Below, piece by piece: positions 34,143-36,651 of a DNA stretch of 36,651 bases. Every line of letters starts with the position of its first letter. The stretch's first letter is position 1. The notes beneath the pieces are model-generated. The model searched no databases. It was not told the DNA's origin and saw only the letters and a program-made list of their open reading frames with translations. A program made the translations under genes and the position numbers. Location of the stretch: the NCBI GenBank assembly GCA_028275325.1, contig JAPWUW010000002.1:1-36651 (forward strand), read 5' to 3'. The stretch comes from Anaerolineae bacterium. Lineage in GTDB: Bacteria; Chloroflexota; Anaerolineae; DRVO01.

Positions 34143-35882
34143 ATGGAGATAGTGGTGCTCGTTCGCCCGCAGCAGCAGCTCAACCGTTACGGCCGCTACA
34201 CGGCGGAGATCCTGAAGGCGGAGGGGCTCAACTGCTTCAGCGTGCAGCCGTGGTTTCCCGGGCAAATGCCGGCCCTGTCGGGTGCGGCTGTGACTGTGCT
34301 CACGCGTTGCCGGCTGCAGCCAGAGGAGGTGGGCTTCCTGCGCGATTACGTGCAGAGCGGCGGCCGGCTGGTGGCATTTGCCCCGCCTGCTTACCTGTAC
34401 CAGGCCTTTGGGGCGCGCCCGCTGAACCGGGTTGCCATTGACGGCTACATCAAGCCGCTCCTGCGCTACCGTGTGGGGCGGGCCATTGGTGGCGAGAGCA
34501 TCCAGTTCCATGGGCCGGCGGCCAAGGTGGCGTTCCCACCTGAGTTTGCAGCTAAGGCGTGGCTATGCTCGCCGGCTGGCGAGCTGACGGACCACCCTGC
34601 GGTGGCCATCGGCCGCATCGGGAAGGGTGCTGTGTGTCTTTTCACCTACGACCTGCCTGCTACCGTCGTCGCCATCCGCCAGGGGGATCCGCGCCTTGCG
34701 TACGAGGCCACGGCCGGGTTTGCGGCCGACAACCAGTGTCGGCCAAACGACCTTTTCACGGGCCATCTGGACGCAAGCCGCGGCCACATTCCGCAAGCTG
34801 ACGTGCACCTGAACCTCTTGACGGAAGTTATTGAGGAGCTTGCGCCCATGCCGCTCCCGCGCCTGTGGTACTACTACCGGCCGGAGGTGAAAAGCGTTCT
34901 CGTCATGACGAGCGACGACGATTGGTCGACGGTCGAGCAGTTTGAGGCGCTCATCGGCGCTGTAGAGGAGAATGGGGGGCATTGCCTGTTTTTCATGGTC
35001 GAGGGCACGCGCATTCCGGCAGCGAAGGTGCGGGAGTGGATGTCAAGGGGCCATGCCTTCTCGGTGCATACGAACCCGCGCAGCCACGAGATCGACCCCT
35101 ACTGGCACATGGACGAGAGCGTGAGGAGGCACAAGCGCCAGCTTGAGGCGGAGTATGGCCGGCCGGCCCGGGTCTATCGCTCCCACTGCGTTTACTGGCA
35201 GGGCTACGTGGAATCAGCCCGTGCCCTTGCCGAGATGGGCTTCCGGATGGACACGAGCCTCATCAGCCTGCTTGACCACTGGGGCCTGTACGTGAACGGC
35301 TCGGGCCGGCCCATGCGCTTTGCTGACGAGAGCGGCGAGATAATCGACCTTTTCGAGCAGCCTGTGGCCTTTTACGATGACGCCTCGGTGCAGAAGGTGC
35401 TCACGGAAGAGCCAGAGCTCGAGGTGGCACGCGCGAGCTTCGTGCTGCAGGAGGCGGCCGAGAAGTACCACACCCCCTTCGGCTTCCTCTCGCACCCTGT
35501 GAGCTTTGCCACTTACAGCAGCCGCTTTGTGCGGGGAGTGCTCTCATCTGCGCGGCGGCTTGGCGTGCCGATCCTCAATGCAGACGAGTGGCTGGAGTTC
35601 ACGCTGCAGCGGGATGCTGCCCGGCTCCAGGAGATCTGCTGGCGAGGTGATGAGCTTTCATTTACGCTGGAGAGAGGTATTCCGGCGCCGGCCCTGACAG
35701 TCTCGGTGCCGGTGCCCCAGGGGATGCGCGTTGCGGGCGTGCAGATTGCCGGGCAGCCGTGGGCGCACGCGGTAACGACAGTGCATGGCGAAACCTGCGC
35801 CATGATACCCCTGGAGTTGCCGGCAGGTGCCGCTTTGCAGACGCCCGTAGCGGTGCAGTTTGCGCCTGGGGCGCAGGGGTGA
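34143..35882 (+). CDS. conserved hypothetical ~590-aa protein (paralog B of 20912..22696)
   Basis: AAGGAGG lies upstream. 579 aa with the same conserved blocks as paralog A: KGAVCLFTYDL, PNDLFTGHLDA, PQADVH, PLPRLWYYY, TSDDDW, GHAFSVHTNP, SHCVYWQGYVESARALAEMGFRMD, GSGRPM and LGVPILNADEW. Confidence 0.6.
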   Translation: MEIVVLVRPQQQLNRYGRYTAEILKAEGLNCFSVQPWFPGQMPALSGAAVTVLTRCRLQPEEVGFLRDYVQSGGRLVAFAPPAYLYQAFGARPLNRVAIDGYIKPLLRYRVGRAIGGESIQFHGPAAKVAFPPEFAAKAWLCSPAGELTDHPAVAIGRIGKGAVCLFTYDLPATVVAIRQGDPRLAYEATAGFAADNQCRPNDLFTGHLDASRGHIPQADVHLNLLTEVIEELAPMPLPRLWYYYRPEVKSVLVMTSDDDWSTVEQFEALIGAVEENGGHCLFFMVEGTRIPAAKVREWMSRGHAFSVHTNPRSHEIDPYWHMDESVRRHKRQLEAEYGRPARVYRSHCVYWQGYVESARALAEMGFRMDTSLISLLDHWGLYVNGSGRPMRFADESGEIIDLFEQPVAFYDDASVQKVLTEEPELEVARASFVLQEAAEKYHTPFGFLSHPVSFATYSSRFVRGVLSSARRLGVPILNADEWLEFTLQRDAARLQEICWRGDELSFTLERGIPAPALTVSVPVPQGMRVAGVQIAGQPWAHAVTTVHGETCAMIPLELPAGAALQTPVAVQFAPGAQG

Positions 35883-35932
35883 CTCCGGGGGCGTGCGGAG
35901 TGCTTTGTTTAGCCATAGCGGGGGGAGCGCAG

Positions 35933-36651
35933 ATGAGCAAGCCAGCTCAGGGTTGGATCATGGAGTTCATGACGGTGCAGGAGATGCGCGAGGCGCTGCG
36001 GGAGACGCGCACGGCCATACTGCCGATAGGCGTCATCGAGCAGCATGGCTATCACCTGCCGCTCAACACCGACGTCTACAACGCCTATGAGATCGCCAAG
36101 CGCGTGGCCGCTGTGGCAAGCTGCGTGGTCGCGCCGCCGGTGAACTACAGCTTTTCGGGTGGGGAGCTGCCGGGTACGGTCGACATCAGCCCGCAGACGC
36201 TCTCGCTGCTTGTGATGGACCTGGTGAAGTCGCTTGCGAACCAGGGGTTTGCGAGCGTCATCCTTCTCCTGGGGCATGGCGGCTCGGAGAACCAGCGGGC
36301 GGTGCTGGATGCGGCGGACATGTTCCTGCGGCGCAACAGGCGATACCGCGATGTCTGCATTGCGGTTGTCACCTTCACCGACCTTGCGCCATCGATTCGG
36401 GAGCTCTTTGCGCAGAAGGATTTCCATGCCGGGTGGCTTGAGACCTCGCTCATGCTCTACTGGCATCCGGAGCTTGTGCGGCCGCGGGAGCTCTGGGTGA
36501 AGGACAGGGAAGAGCTGATGGAGCTTTTGCGGCGCGACCAGGATGCCTACCAGGTGCGGGTAAAGCCTCTTGAGCACCCGCTTGTGGTGCCGGTGGTGAC
36601 CCAGAACCCTGAGATCGAGGTTGGCGTCATGGGCTATCCGGAGCGCGCCTC
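35933..36651 (+). CDS. creatininase-family amidohydrolase (5' partial, continues beyond the window)
   Basis: It is absent from the ORF track because there is no stop in the window. Hand translation from the ATG at 35933 (after GGGGGGAG) gives ...ILPIGVIEQHGYHLPLNTD..., LLLGHGGSEN and FHAGWLETSLML, the three signature blocks of the creatininase/ArfB/MftE family. Confidence 0.8.
   Translation, partial: MSKPAQGWIMEFMTVQEMREALRETRTAILPIGVIEQHGYHLPLNTDVYNAYEIAKRVAAVASCVVAPPVNYSFSGGELPGTVDISPQTLSLLVMDLVKSLANQGFASVILLLGHGGSENQRAVLDAADMFLRRNRRYRDVCIAVVTFTDLAPSIRELFAQKDFHAGWLETSLMLYWHPELVRPRELWVKDREELMELLRRDQDAYQVRVKPLEHPLVVPVVTQNPEIEVGVMGYPERA

Noticed and set aside
840-35882. Interpretation of the locus as a classical deoxy-amino-sugar (O-antigen or antibiotic sugar) biosynthetic cluster, because of the many DegT genes.
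   Set aside because: I could recognise no sugar-1-phosphate nucleotidylyltransferase, NDP-sugar dehydratase/epimerase, glycosyltransferase, or export/polymerase genes. Instead there are two uptake systems and a ROK regulator. The interpretation remains formally possible until homology searches are run.
35909-36577. 222-aa minus-strand ORF near the right edge.
   Set aside because: It is antisense to the creatininase-family frame, which carries all three family signatures. The minus translation has none.
1-36651. A scan for rRNA, tRNA (T-loop GGTTCGAATCC-like boxes), CRISPR-style regularly spaced repeats, and integrase/transposase genes.
   Set aside because: Nothing convincing was found by eye. 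The only regularly repeated sequences are those reported above. A tRNAscan, Infernal or CRISPR-finder run would be needed to make the negative call firm.

Overview
This is a GC-rich bacterial window with GGAGG-type Shine-Dalgarno sites in front of most genes. The Tat-lipoprotein solute-binding proteins with V/E/K-rich linkers suggest a Chloroflexota-like monoderm, but that is inference only. Nearly all convincing coding sequence is on the + strand and forms three operon-like blocks. Block (i), 840-7964, holds seven tightly packed or overlapping genes: a DegT-family aminotransferase, a GldA-like polyol dehydrogenase, a transglutaminase-like Cys-His-Asp protein, a deacetylase-like protein, a nucleotidyltransferase-like protein and two amidohydrolase-type proteins. 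Block (ii), 14914-22696, holds a sugar-type ABC importer (SBP plus 2 permeases, no ATPase), a neutral-ceramidase-like protein, a DegT aminotransferase and a 594-aa unknown protein. Block (iii), 23098 to the window end, holds a ROK regulator, DegT, Gfo/Idh/MocA, DegT, a second ABC importer, Gfo/Idh/MocA, DegT, a 579-aa paralog of the unknown protein, and a creatininase-family gene that runs off the edge. Between (i) and (ii) lies a minus-strand accessory patch (7965-11459). It carries hicBA and Phd/PIN toxin-antitoxin modules, three gene remnants and a ~150-bp direct repeat bracketing hicBA. It is followed by a convergent, 44-nt-overlapping pair: a hybrid histidine kinase and an HTH/pseudo-ATPase/receiver regulator. 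The main candidate for something undescribed is the locus logic itself. Five DegT aminotransferases, three to four sugar/polyol dehydrogenases and many C-N hydrolase-type proteins are wired to two importers and a ROK regulator, with none of the NDP-sugar or glycosyltransferase genes that usually accompany DegT enzymes. A duplicated two-gene module (DegT followed by a ~590-aa unknown protein) adds to this. I recognised no rRNA, tRNA, CRISPR array or intact transposase. All functional calls rest on motif reading by eye, since no searches could be run.
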